Positions 50,812 through 63,853 of a DNA stretch of 64,000 nucleotides are shown in pieces; the first letter of the stretch is position 1, and each line of letters begins with the position of its first letter. Where the stretch lies: positions 4,464,001-4,528,000 of the forward strand of contig OZ024759.1 of the NCBI GenBank assembly GCA_964016885.1. Direction: 5' to 3'. The notes beneath the pieces are model-generated. The model saw nothing but the letters and a program-made list of their open reading frames with translations. It did no database searches and was not told where the DNA came from. The position numbers and the translations under genes are program-made. The stretch is from Eledone cirrhosa (Eukaryota).

Positions 50812-53294
50812 ATTCAATGTAGAAGAGAACTGGGAGTTCCTAAAAAATAACTTACTAGAGGCGACGGATGAGGTCTGTGGCTGGAGTAAGACCTCAAGCA
50901 GGAGGAGAGTGACTTGGTGGTGGAACAATAAGGTATATGAGGCAGTTAAGGCCAAGAGACAGGCATGGAAAGAATGGAAGAACGGGGGGAGTAGGGTAAA
51001 TTACATAGAGAACAAGAGGGAAGCTAGGCGACAAGTATACTTAGCTAGGAGGGAAGCAGAGGATAGAAAATTCAAGCATGTTTTGCAATGTAAGGACCAG
51101 AAACAGGAGGTGTTCAAGATTGCGAGGCAGTGTGTCAGAGAGAATTGTGATGTCATTGGAGAGAAGTGTATCCGGAATGATAAAGGTGAGCTTGCCCTCA
51201 CAAGTGCTGAGAAGAAAGATGCATGGAAGAGTCATTATGATAGATTACTAAATGAGGAGAATGCATGAGAAGAAGAGACCCTACCCCAAGTAGACCCTAT
51301 AGAGAGGCCAGCAGTACAAGTCAGCAGCAGCGTAGTAAGTAAGGCAATCAAAGATATGAAGATGGGGAAGGCAACCGGTCCATCGGGTATAGCTGCTGAG
51401 ATGCTGAAGGCATCTGGGTCTGTAGGTCACACTATAACCACACGTATTGTTAACCAGGTAATACTAGAAGGTGTCATACCAAAAGATTGGTGCAGTAGCA
51501 TTATTGTCAACTGCTACAAAGGTAAAGGTGATGCACTAGATAGAGGAAACTATAGAGGTATAAAGCTGATGGACCAGGTCATGAAAGTAACAGAAAGAGT
51601 TATAGCACAGTTGATTAGGGACCGGGTGAAACTAGATGAGATGCAATTTGGGTTTGTACCAGGAAGAGGCACCACTGATGCCCTCTTCCTTGTGAGGCAG
51701 TACAGGAAAAGTACCTAGCTAAAAGCAAGCCACTCTACCTGCCATTTGTCGATCTCGAGAAAGCCTTTGACAGAGTTCCACGTGCTGTAATCTGATGGGC
51801 TCTTAGAAAACTAGGAGTAGATGAATGGCTTGTGAAAGCGGTACAAGCCATGTATAGGGGAGCAGTCAGCAAAGTTAGGATTAGCAATGAGTATAGCGAG
51901 GAATTTAGCGTACAGGTTGGGGTCCACCAGGGCTCTGTTCTTAGCCCCCTCCTGTTCATCATAGTCATGCAGGCAATAACGGAGGAGTTTAAGACCGGAT
52001 GCCCATGGGAACTCCTGTATGCTGATGACCTCGCACTTATAGCTGAATCTATGGTAGAGCTAGAGAAGAAATTCCAAACTTGGAAGCAGGGACTAGAAAG
52101 AAAGGGTCTCAAAGTCAACATGATAAAGACTCAGGTCCTTGTAAGTAGACGAGAAAACAGAACCCAGATCCCCTCAGGGAAATGGCCTTGCTCAGTATGT
52201 AGGAAAGGTGTAGGTAGGAACTCCATTCCCTGCCCCAAATGCAAACAATGGGTACACAAGAGATGTAGCGGGATCTCAGGAAGCTTAATTAAGAATGTAG
52301 GCTTCACATGCAGCAGCTGTGCTGGGACAGCACGCAGCAAAAAGCCACAGGAAACAAGTACCACCAATCTCTCGGAGGGCTCTGTAGAAAGAGTAGACCG
52401 CTTCTGCTACCTAGGTGACCGAATTAGCAGCGGAGGTGGGTGTTCAGAAAGTACAATAACTAGGGTAAGAACGGGATGGAAGAAGCTTAGGGAACTACTA
52501 CCACTGCTAGCTGCAAAAGGCTTTTCCCTCAAAATGAAAGGCAGACTGTATGATGCGTGTATCCGAACAGCAATGTTGCATGGTAGTGAGACCTGGGCGC
52601 TGAAGGTGGAAGACTTATGTAGATTAGAGAGAAACGAAGCCTTCATGCTCCGATGGATGTGTAACAGTAATATACGCGAACGACAAAGCATAAATGAATT
52701 GAGAGAGAGACTGAGCATAAGAGGAATCAAATGCTGTGTGCAGGAGAGGCAGTTGCGTTGGTATGGACATGTGATGCGTATGAAGGATGACAGCTGCATA
52801 AAAAGGTGCAGAGCACTAGAAGTCGATGGAAACCGCGGAGTGGGGAGACCCAAGATGACCTGGGATGAGGTGATAAAAACCGACCTTACCCAATTCCACC
52901 TCTCAAAGGCGAAAACACATGACCGTGACCTCTGGCGTCTCGCAGAAATACAGAGTACCCGACCTCCCATGGGTACAAGCTGATGCATATAGACAATAAG
53001 CCCCCACACCCCCCACTTCAAGGTGGTCGTGGAGGTGCCACGGCAAAAAGCACCCAGCCCACACTGTAAAGTGGACGTGTAGGCAACACGAAAAAGCACC
53101 CAGTACTCACTGTAAATGAGGTTGGTGTTAGGAAGGGCATCCAGCTGTAGAAATCAAGCCAAATCAGTTCCTGTATGAGCAAAGCATAGTCAGCCGACCA
53201 GACACTGCCCACAACAGGACAACCCGTCTAACCCATGCTAGCGTGGAAGAACGGACGTAAAACGGTGATGATGATGATGATGATGATGATGATG
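50812..53294 (+). mobile_element. RTE LINE, 5'-truncated, inserted into a piggyBac-like MITE
   Basis: RT YADD, PHD-like finger, GRPK.TWDEVI; (GAT)n tail; MITE halves at 50780-50806 and 53295-53499. Confidence 0.95.
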
Positions 53295-53749
53295 ACTCTA
53301 TATATACTATTGTATTTTCATGGTAAAGGCTTTACCTCACATAAGTATCTCATAATGTCGAATCTATGAGATTTTGATTTTATCTATTTTGAGAAGAATA
53401 CCTTAATGTCAGTATGAGTGGCCAGTTATGGCCGGTTTCAACAGAAAGAGGTGAGAGGATTCTGGTCAGATATGGCCGGTTTAAATGCTAAAGGGTTAAA
53501 CACCCCAGTGTTGAAATGTGGTAGTGCTGGTGCCATGATAAAGTGCACCAAGCCTACACTGGAAAATGGAAGTGTTTGATGCTGTGATAAAATGCATCCA
53601 GCCCATACTGTAAAGTGTTAGTGTGGTACCATGATAAAAGTAGCAAGACCACCCTGGCATGTGGTAAAGGTGGTGCCATGAGGAAATGCACCCAGTACAT
53701 GCTGTGAGGTAGTGTTAGGAAGGGCATCCAACAATAGAAACTATGCTAG

Positions 53750-54150
53750 AGAAACACTGGCACACTTGGAAAATTAGAAGCACACAGGTACAGTGGGAAC
53801 ATCAGAGACACAGTGGGTACTCAAGAGGCACAATGGCTCACTGTGAACATCCAGAAGCACACTGGGATATTAGAGGCATACTGGCATACTGGGAACATTG
53901 GAGCACAGTGGGAACATCAGAGGCACACTGGAATATCAGAAGCACAGTAGGCACATCCGAGGCACACTAGGTATATCAGAGACACACTGGGAACACAAGA
54001 GGCAGACTGGGAGCATCAGAGGCACAGTTGGCACATCAGAGGCACACTAGGTATATCAGAGACACACTGGGAACACAAGAGGCAGACTGGGAGCATCAGA
54101 GGCACAGTTGGCACATCAGAGGCACACAGGGCACATCAGGAGGCACGCTG
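53750..54150. repeat. Degenerate ~20-bp tandem repeat with a recent ~79-bp duplication
   Basis: ggaacatcagaggcacac-like units; 53960-54040 repeated at 54039-54120. Confidence 0.75.
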
Positions 54151-55489
54151 TTAATAAATGAACATTTACAGTTTAAAATAAGCATACTAACAAGCTTGGC
54201 AGTCATGACCAGTAAAACCAGGTAGACACTTGTGGTTTGGACAGTGTCCAGTTTTAGGGTTACAGTTATTTTGTGTCTCAACTAATTGCAACAAAGCTAA
54301 TAAACTTTCATGCTCTATTTAACACTAACACAAGTGTAAATGGTGTTAAACTTACAATCATGTTCTGGGTTTCATTCTTGGACTGGGTTGTGTGTTATGT
54401 TCTTGAGCAAAACATTATACTCAGTATGTATGTATGGTCCTGTAACTCCTGACAGAGTCGTAGAGGTGCCGTATTAACAGACATCATTTCTTGGGTATTG
54501 TAAGCCAGGCGGAGCCCATCCCTGTCCAGGCCTGAATACAGCAGATTTCTTCCAGAGAAAGATAGAAAGTGAGAGAGAGGAAATGAGAAAGAGATATAGA
54601 AGAAGAATCGACCCCAGTACTAGACTGGTACTTTTTTATTGACATCAAAAGGATGAAAGGCAAAGTTGACCTCAGCGGGATTTGAACTCAGAGAGCAGAG
54701 AGTCGGAACGAATACCACAAAGCATTCTATCTGATGTTCTAACGACTCTGCCAATTCACTGCCTATATACTCAGTATACTCAGTTGGAAATGAGTATCAA
54801 CAATTGCTGGGGGGTTTTCTCTGCAATGGACTGGTGTCCTGTCCAGGTTGGAATTGTTTACTGTCAGTCACTTAACACCATGGAAACCAAGGTAAACCCT
54901 GGCCTGATTAGCATCCAGGCTTGAGACAGACTTTAGACTCAGAACAAGTAACAGCCAAATTATAGATTAGTATGATGAAAAGGAAAGGACACATTAAATA
55001 GTGTAGTCCTAGTTATGCAATGCCTGAGAGAAGGGTGGAATGTGCTTATCTCGGTTTCCATGGTGTGAAGCAACTGAGAGTACAGAATTCCATCCTGCAC
55101 AGGACACCTGTCCTGTGCAGGATGGAATTTAAAATCCCCCAGCAATTGCTGGTACTCATTTTCAACTGAGTATACTACGCAAGAATGTTTTGCTTAAGAA
55201 CGCAATGCACAGCCAAGTCCAGGAATCAAACCCACAACATTATGATTGTAAATCCAACAGCTTTACCACTTGTGTTAGTGTTAGATAGAGATGACAGCTC
55301 ATTGATCTCATAACTAGTTTAAACTGTAAACAACTGACAGTGTCCTTACATATTATAAAGAGGTGAATAAAAGATATTGAAAAAGATACTGTCAATTCAC
55401 CAGCTTTTATTTTAATTTACAAATCTGCCCCCCCCCCCCCCCCCCATAAAAAAAAAGACAATGGAAATTCGATATTTAGTTTTACTCAC

Positions 55490-55627
55490 CATTTTGGCAG
55501 TTTCTTCCTTCAAAACCAGCAACACATCTTCCGTCAGAACATATTCCTGTCACTGAGTCACATTTGTTGCTGTCTACACAGTGACATATACCTTCACAGT
55601 TGCTGCCAAATCTACCATTCTGGCAGA
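55490..55627 (-). CDS. Host gene exon, EGF-like repeat (VCQNGRFGSNCEGICHCVDSNKCDSVTGICSDGRCVAGFEGRNCQN)
   Basis: Acceptor ctttgaaag, donor gtgagt; 138 bp, phase 1-1. Confidence 0.9.
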
Positions 55628-55914
55628 CTTTCAAAGAAACAAAAACATTGTTTGTTAATAAAAAAAAAAGCAAACCCTTTTTGGTTCAGAAACTTCTGGC
55701 GGAATCCCAAAGTCTCATATTTTTATATGGTTTGAATATAAATATACTTCTCTACCTTTTTTTCATGGAACCCCAGACATTCCTTTGCAGAACCCTTGGG
55801 TTCCATGGATCCCACTTTGGGAATGACTAATAAAGAACAACCTAAAGTTTTGAGAGATAAAACAAGAATTCATATATGTTGCACAGAGTAATTAGCTTCT
55901 TTCATTTCACTCAC

Positions 55915-56052
55915 CTGTTTGACAGTTGTTACCTTTATAGCCAGGTGTACACCCACCACTCGAACAGGTGCCAGATTTAGGGTTACACGTGCTATTGTCA
56001 TAGCAGTGACAGCTATAGCTACAATCTTTACCAAACTTGCCACTGGAGCACT
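55915..56052 (-). CDS. Host gene exon, EGF-like repeat (ECSSGKFGKDCSYSCHCYDNSTCNPKSGTCSSGGCTPGYKGNNCQT)
   Basis: Acceptor tatttcag, donor gtgagt; 138 bp, phase 1-1; not in the ORF track, translated by hand. Confidence 0.92.
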
Positions 56053-57654
56053 CTGAAATATAGAGCTATTATTTATTATTTATTCATGAGTGAATAAGAA
56101 TTGTTTCGACTTTTGACACAAGGCCAGCAATTACCCCAGTGCATTACTGGTACTTTATTTTATCGACCCCGTAAGGACGAAAGGCAAAGTTAACCTTGGC
56201 GGGATTTGAACTCAGACCGTAAAGAACCGTAACTCTATGCTGCAAAGCATGGCATCCGACGCTCTACCGATACTGCCAATCCACCACCCTCGCGATTCAA
56301 TAATAATTATTTCTACTTTTTGCACAAGGCTAGCAATTATCCCAGTGTATTACTGGTACTTTATTAGTAATACACTGGATAACAATAATGTTATAATAGT
56401 ATTATAATATCATTAATATTCAGTTTGTTTGCCAGCAAACAGCCTCATAAACACCACGTGTGTTTTCTAGATGAACAATGTCATCCTTTTGTTGTAAAGG
56501 GGAAAGAAATGGGCAGAACTGTTGGAGTGTTTGTTGGATGAAATGCTTTGCAGAACTTCTGAGTTCTGAGTTCAAATCTTGCTCAGGTCAAACTTGAATG
56601 TCATTTTTACAAGCTTGATAAAATAATGTACCAGTTAAATACTGGGGTAGATATAATCAACTGACTTTCTCTTTACTCCAAAATTAAGAAATCATTATTA
56701 ACCCTTTACCATTCACATTACTCTATATATAATATTGTATTTTCATGGTAAAGGCTTTATCTCACATAATTATCTCACATAATATCGAATCTATGAGATT
56801 TTGAAAGTATTTATTTTGAGAACAATACCTTCACATCAGTTTGAGCGACCAGTTACAGCCAATATCAACAGAAAGAGGTAGAGAATTCTGGCCGGTTTGG
56901 GCCGGTTTGAACACGAAAGGGTTAATTAAAAACATAGGTACATTTGTGCTTTACATAGTTTTGGCTTGGTTTTACTGGTTGGGTATTTCTCTTGCAACCA
57001 ACCACTTTACTGAGTGGCCTGGGTGCACCAGTTCTTGAGAGATTGTACTAATTAGGGTGGCACCAAGTGGATACAAAATGTGGGACGAAAAGAAGAGAGA
57101 GGAGTCAGTTGAAAATGTCTGAGTGGAGGTGGCATGAACCTAGAATACTCCGAGGAACAGAGTCCAATATAGTAGTGGTGGAAAGCAGGAGGAGAAGGCA
57201 CATGGGGAGAGTATCAGTGAAGAAGAGAAAAAATGGTGTATCCATTTGGTTTATAGTCAAGTTTTATTTTTTTTAAACAAGCACCTTTATAGGCTTAGTC
57301 GGCCTCCTATGAGGTTGTCACCCCATAGGAAGTATTCTGGGTGTTTCAATGGTAAGGACACCATGCCTATCATGTTGTTGTTACAGCTCACATTTATGTA
57401 GGTTTGGCTGGCCCCCTACAAGGATGCACTCCATGGGAAATATTCTGGGTGTTTTAATAATAAGGACCCCAGGCCTATCATGTTGTTACAGCTCTACCTA
57501 TGTAGGTTTAACTGGCCTCTGACAAAAATGCACCCCAAAGGAGCCTCGGTCTTTTCATGTCACTCTTTCCTTGGTAAGTTTGGAATCTCACTTTGAAGTG
57601 CCATGTGCTCACCTAGAAATACAAATAGCATAGAAGATCTACTGAATGACTCAC

Positions 57655-57792
57655 CTGTCTGACAATTGCTACCTTGATAGCCAGCTTCACAGCCACCACT
57701 GGAACATACACCTGTGATGGGGTCACACTTGCTGTTGTTGGCACGGTGACATAAGTTAATACAGTTGTCACCAAATTTACCACTTCTACACT
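57655..57792 (-). CDS. Host gene exon, EGF-like repeat missing one Cys (ECRSGKFGDNCINLCHRANNSKCDPITGVCSSGGCEAGYQGSNCQT)
   Basis: Acceptor gtacccag, donor gtgagt; 138 bp, phase 1-1; CHC is CHR (CGT). Confidence 0.85.
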
Positions 57793-57834
57793 CTGGGTAC
57801 ATTAAATATGAAGAATATAGAAGTTAGATGGAAT

Positions 57835-58890
57835 GAGATGTGAAATGTATGTGATATACAATGTATGAGTTGTGAAATGTATGGGATGTGAAATGTAGGA
57901 ATATGAAATGTAGTGGGTGTGCAATGTAGGGATGTGAAATGTAGGGATGGGGAATGTAGGAGATGTGAAATGTAGGGATGAGGAATGTAGGGATGAGGAA
58001 TGTAGGAGATGTGAAATGTAAGGATGTGAAATGTAGGGATGAGGAATGTAGGAGATGTGAAATGTAGGAGATGTGAAATGTAGGAGATGTGAAATGTAGT
58101 AGATATGAAATGTAAGAGATGTGAAATGTAAGAGATGTGAAATGTAAGAGATGTGAAATGTCGGAGATGTGAAATGTAAGGATGTGAAATGTAGGAGATG
58201 TGAAATGTAGGAGATGTGAAATGTAGTAGATGTGAAATGTAGTAGATGTGAAATGTAAGAGATGTGAAATGTAAGAGATGTGAAATGTAAGAGATGTGAA
58301 ATGTAAGAGATATGAAATGTAAGAGATGTGAAATGTAGGAGATGTAAGGATGTGAAATGTAGATGTGAAATGAAAGGATGTGAAATGTAAGAGATGTGAA
58401 ATGTAGGAGATGTGAAATGTAAGAGATGTGAAATGTAGGAGATGTGAAATGTAGGATATGTGAACTGTAAGGATGTGAAATGTAAGAGATGTGAAATGTA
58501 GGAGATGTGAAATGTAGGAGATGTGAAATGTAGGAGATGTGAAATGTAGGAGATGGAAATGTAAGGATGTGAAATGTAAGAGATGTGAAATGTAGGTGAT
58601 GTGAAATGTAGGAGATGTGAAATGTAAGAGATGTGAAATGTAAGGATGTGAAATGTAAGAGATGTGAAATGTAAGAGATGTGAAATGTAGGAGATGTGAA
58701 ATGTAGATGTGAAATGTAAGGGATGTGAAATGTAGGAGATGTGAAATGTAGGACATGTGAAATGTAAGGATGTGAAAGGTAAGAGATGTGAAATGTAGGT
58801 GATGTGAAATGTAGGATATGTGAAATGTAAAGGTATGGATTGTATAATGTGAAATATAGATGTGAATTGTGTGAGATGTGAAATGTAGAG
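57835..58890. repeat. 16-bp minisatellite
   Basis: gatgtgaaatgta(g/a)ga units; FHISY/HFTS ORFs are artefacts. Confidence 0.95.
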
Positions 58891-58949
58891 AATGTACAAA
58901 AATAACAGTAAACATCAATAACAACAACAGCAACCATCATCAACAACAA

Positions 58950-59147
58950 TAGTGGTGGTGGTGGTGGTGGTGGTAATGGAGGTGGTGGTGGTAGTGGAGG
59001 TGGTGGTGGTAGTGGTGGTGGTGGTCGATGTGGTGGTGGCGGTGGTGGCAGTGGTGGTGGTAGTGGTAGTGGTGGTGGTGGTGGTAGTGGTAGTGGTGGT
59101 GGTAGTGGTGGTAGTGGTGTGGTAGTGGTGGTGGTATTAGTGGTGGT

Positions 59148-59178
<31 letters not shown>

Positions 59179-60662
59179 GTGGTGGTGGTGGTAGTGGTGG
59201 TAGTGGTGGTGGTGGTGGTGGTAGTGGTGGTAGTGGTGGTGGTGGTGGTGGTGGTAGTTGAGGTGGTGGTGGTAGTGGTGGTGGTGGTAGTAGAGGTGGT
59301 GGTGGTGGAGGTGGTGGTAGTGGAGGTGGTGGTGGTGGTGGTAGTGGAGGTGGTGGTGGCGGTAGTGGTGGTGGTGGTGGTAGTGGTAGTGGTGGTGGAG
59401 GTGGTGGTAGTGGTGGTGGTGGTGATGGAGGTGGTGGTGGTGTTAGTGGTGGTAGTGGTAGTGGTGGTGGTGGTAGTGGTGGTGGTGGTGGTGGTAGTGG
59501 TGGTGGTGATGGTGATGGTGGTGGTAGTGGTTGTAGTAATGGCAGTGGTGGTAGTGGTGGTGGTAATGGCAGTCGTGGTAGTGATGGTGATGGTGGTGGT
59601 GGTGGTCGATGTGGTGGTGGTGGCGGTAGTGATGGTGGTGGTAGTGGTTGTAGTAATGGCAGTGGTGGTAGTGGAGGTGGTGGTGATGGTGGTGGTGGTG
59701 GTGGTAGTGGTGGTGGTGGTGGTGGAGGTGGTGGTAGTGGAGGTGGTGGTAGTGGTGGTGGTGGTGGTAGTGGTGGTAGTGATGGTAGTGGTGGTGGTAG
59801 TGGTGGTGGTAGTGGTGGTGGTGGTGGTGGTGGTGGTGGTAGTGGTGGTGGTGTTGGTAGTGGAGGTGGTGGTGGTAGTGGTGGTGGTGGTAGTAGAGGT
59901 GGTGGTGGTGGAGGTGGTGGTAGTGGTGGTGGTGGTGGTGGTTGAGGTGGTAGTGGTGGTAGTGGTCGTGGTGGTGGTGGTGGTGGTAGTGGTAGTGGAG
60001 GTGGTGGTGGAGGTGGTGGTGGTGGTAGCGGTGGTGGTGGTAGTGGTGGAGGTAGTGGTGGTGGTGGTGGTAGTGGTGGTAGTGGTGGTGGTAGTGGTGG
60101 AGGTGGTGGTGGTGATGGAGGTGGTGGTGGTGTTAGTGGTGGTAGTGGTGGTGGTGGTAGTGGTGGTGGTGGTGGTGGTGGTAGTGGTGGTGGTGGTGGT
60201 GGTAGTGGTGGTGGTGGTAGTGGTAGTGGTGGTGGTGGTAGTGGTGGTGGTGATGGTGGTGGTAGTGATGGTGGTGGTAGTGGTTGTAGTAATGGCAGTG
60301 GTGGTAGTGGTGGTGGTAATGGCAGTGGTGGTAGTTCAGGTGATGGTGATGGTGGTGGTGGTAGTGGTGGTGGTGGTCGATGTGGTGGTGGTGGTGGTGG
60401 CGGTAGTGATGGTGGTGGTAGTGGTTGTAGTAATGGCAGTGGTGGTAGTGGAGGTGGTGGTGATGGTGGTGGTGGTGGTGGTAGTGGTGGTGGTGGTGGT
60501 GGTAGTGGTGGTGGTAGTACAGAGTATGGTGGTGGTGGTGGTGGTGGTTGGTGGTGGTTGTGGAGGTGGTGGGGTTGTGGTGGTGGTTGCAGTGGGAGTT
60601 GTGGTGGTTGATAGTGATGTTGGGTAGTGGTTGCGGTTGTGGTTGTGGTAGTGGTGGTAGTA
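58950..60662. repeat. Imperfect (GGT)n/(AGT)n trinucleotide array, 1.7 kb
   Basis: Direct reading; lies downstream of the gtaagt donor of exon 60721-60858. Confidence 0.95.
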
Positions 60663-60720
60663 GTGATGATGATGATAATAACAATGATGATATTTATGAT
60701 GATGATAGTACACCACTTAC

Positions 60721-60858
60721 CTGTCTGACAGTTGCCACCTTCATATCCAGGAGCACATCCTCCATTAGAGCAGCTACCAGTCTGTGGCTTACATTTACTC
60801 TTGTCAGCACAATGACACATGTTTCGACAGTTTGGTCCAAATTTTCCTCTCTTACATC
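60721..60858 (-). CDS. Host gene exon, EGF-like repeat (GCKRGKFGPNCRNMCHCADKSKCKPQTGSCSNGGCAPGYEGGNCQT)
   Basis: Acceptor gatttgtag, donor gtaagt; 138 bp, phase 1-1, 8 Cys. Confidence 0.92.
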
Positions 60859-62216
60859 CTACAAATCAATCAATAACAAATATATATTTTGGTGTGTATT
60901 TGTGTGGCCTTGTGGTAAGGGTGTTGGACTTACAATCATAATGTCGTGAGTTCTATTCCTCAACTAGGTTGTGTGTTGTGTTCTTGAGCAAAAGTATTTC
61001 CATTCATGTTGCTCCAGTATAATAATTGTTTCTACTTTTGACACAAGGCCAGCAATTACCCAGTACATTACTGGTACTTTATTTTATCGACCCCGTAAGG
61101 ATGAAAGGCAAAGTTAACCTTGGTGGGATTTGAACTCGGATCATAAAGGGACGTAACTCTATGCTTCAAAGCATGGCGTCCGACTCTCTACCAATACTGA
61201 CAATCCACCGCTCCAGTATAATAATAATAATAGTGAAATTATTGTGTACAGTGCTCAGGTGCACTATAACTCATCAAAGGTGCATGTAAAGCACATAGAA
61301 TAATGAACAAATGTCAGGAAAATGAACAGTGTATGAGTCATGATAAACATATGTACGTGTGTATGGAGGAGGGATATCAGGTGTAGTGTTGGCGAATTTC
61401 AGGAAGCTTGGAGATCAGTGCCAGTAATAGCTGGTGATTTAACCTTGGGATGGACTGGTGCCCTGTCCAGGGGAAGTTTTGTATTTTAAGTCACTTCATG
61501 CCATAGATAGCACTGGCCTGATGACCCTCAGCACTCGAGACACACTTTAGACATTTTTTTGTTTTTGTATATTCAACAGCCCAGTCCTTCTAACTGTCGG
61601 TAGGTATCACACTGAGCAGAGTCCACTGTATTCCCCACACCTGGACAGGATGCTAGTCCATTGCATGGTATTTCACTGCTATATTATTCTATCTACTCCA
61701 AAAGTATGACAGAAAAAGTTGATTTTGGTGGGATTTGAATACCGTTTTAAAAAAGAACTCAAAATCACAACCCATTAAAACCTTTAGAATTTAAACCGGC
61801 CACAATTCTCTCACTTCTTTATGTTCAAACCAGCCATAACTGGCTGCTCATACTTATGTTAAGGTATTGTTCTCAAAATAAATAATATCAAAATCTCATA
61901 GATTTGATATTATGTGAGATAATTATATGAGATAAAGCCTTTACTGTGAAAATATAATAGTGTATATGAAGTAGTGTAAATGCTAAAGGGTTAATCTGTA
62001 ACTCTACTGCCCCTGCTACTCACATCTTCCTCATGATGAACATTTAACATTCACTTCCCCTGTAACCAAGAGTGGGATGTGTCAACAGAGACCGACTCAG
62101 AACTTAATCGGAGCTACTGACCTCTCAGATGTTACTGGATACATTTCATCATGACTGAAGAGGACATTCATCCATTTGTCTGGTAGATTTTCTAAAGAAA
62201 TAGAACTACAAAAGAG

Positions 62217-63770
62217 CACACACGTGTCTGACAGGTGCTACCTTATAACCAGGACCACACCATCTACTGTAACACACCTGTCTGACAGATGATACCTTAT
62301 AACCAGGACCACACCATCTACTGTAACACACCTGTCTGACAGGTGCTACCTTATAACCAGGACTACACTATCTACTGTAACACACTTGTCTGATAGATGA
62401 TACCTTATAACCAGGACCACACCATCTACTGTAACACACCTGTCTGACAGCTGCTACCTTATAACCAGGACCACACCATCTACTGTAACACAACTGTCTG
62501 ACAGGTACTACCATATAACCAGGACCACACCATCTACTGTAACACACCTGTCTGACAGCTGCTACCTTATAACCAGGACCACACCATCTACTGTAACACA
62601 ACTGTCTGACAGGTGCTACCTTATAACCAGGACCACACCATCTACTGTAACACACCTGTCTGACAGGTGCTACCTTATAACCAGGATCACACCATCTACT
62701 GTAACACACCTGTCTGACAGCTGCTACCATATAACCAGGACCACACCATCTACTGTAACACACCTGTCTGACAGGTGCTACATTATAACCAGGACCACAC
62801 CATCTACTGTAACACACGTGTCTGACAGGTGCTACCTTATAACCAGGACCACACCATCTACTGTAACACACCTGTCTGACAGGTGCTACTTTATAACCAG
62901 GACCACACCATCTACTGTAACACACCTGTCTGACAGCTGCTACCTTATAACCAGGACCACACCATCTACTGTAACACACCTGTCTGACAGGTGCTACCTT
63001 ATAACCAGGACTTCACCATCTACTGTAACACACCTGTCTGACAGGTGCTACCTTATAACCAGGACCACACCATCTACTGTAACACACCTGTCTGATAGAT
63101 GATACCTTATAACCAGGATCACACCATCTACTGTAACACACGTGTCTGACAGGTGCTACCTTATAACCAGGACCACACCATCTACTGTAACACACCTGTC
63201 TGACAGGTGCTACCTTATAACCAGGACCACACCATCTACTGTAACACACCTGTCTGACAGGTGCTACCTTATAACCAGGACTTCACCATCTACTGTAACA
63301 CACCTGTCTGACAGGTGCTACTTTATAACCAGGACCACACCATCTACTGTAACACACCTGTCTGACAGCTGCTACCTTATAACCAGGACCACACCATCTA
63401 CTGTAACACACCTGTCTGACAGGTGCTACCTTATAACCAGGACTTCACCATCTACTGTAACATACCTGTCTGACAGGTGCTACCTTATAACCAGGACCAC
63501 ACCATCTACTGTAACACACCTGTCTGATAGATGATACCTTATAACCAGGATCACACCATCTACTGTAACACACTTGTCTGACAGCTGCTACCTTATAACC
63601 AGGACCACACCATCTACTGTAACACACCTGTCTGACAGGTGCTACCTTATAACCAGGACTTCACCATCTACTGTAACACACTTGTCTGACAGGTGCTACC
63701 TTATAACCAGGCCACACCATGTACTGTAACACACCTGTCTGATAGATGATACCTTATAACCAGGAACACA
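62217..63770. repeat. 54-bp minisatellite, ~29 copies, derived from an EGF exon
   Basis: cacctgtctgacaggtgctaccttataaccaggaccacaccatctactgtaaca. Confidence 0.95.
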
Positions 63771-63825
63771 CCTTCCACTGGAACACACACCTGTCTCTGT
63801 CTTACACCTACTATCATCTTGACTA
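63740..63825 (-). pseudogene. 5'-truncated, frameshifted copy of an EGF exon (QDDSRCKTETGVCSSGRCVPGY..) that seeds the 54-bp array
   Basis: Aligns to the 3' part of the neighbouring exons; 1-bp deletion in the codon after GY; no acceptor. Confidence 0.8.
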
Positions 63826-63853
63826 AATATATTAAGTAGCAAACAAAGCTTAC

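Noticed and set aside
58940-60820. 626-aa poly-Pro (extensin/formin-like) ORF and the antisense poly-Val ORF
   Set aside because: The frame runs through a canonical gtaagt donor into a stop-free trinucleotide array; only 60721-60858 is credible coding sequence.
61512-61548. cctgatga..hairpin..gaga motif in SINE tails (also ~2470, 46260, 54900)
   Set aside because: It has GAGA rather than GAAA, the core is not conserved between copies, and it is part of the SINE body.
62025-62192. Exon-like segment with ag/gt ends and a GYRGSEC remnant on the minus strand
   Set aside because: Stops occur in all three frames between these sites; at best a heavily decayed pseudo-exon.
62217-63770. CRISPR-like look (palindromic repeat at regular spacing)
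   Set aside because: The intervening sequence is repeated rather than unique spacers, there are no cas genes, and the context is eukaryotic.
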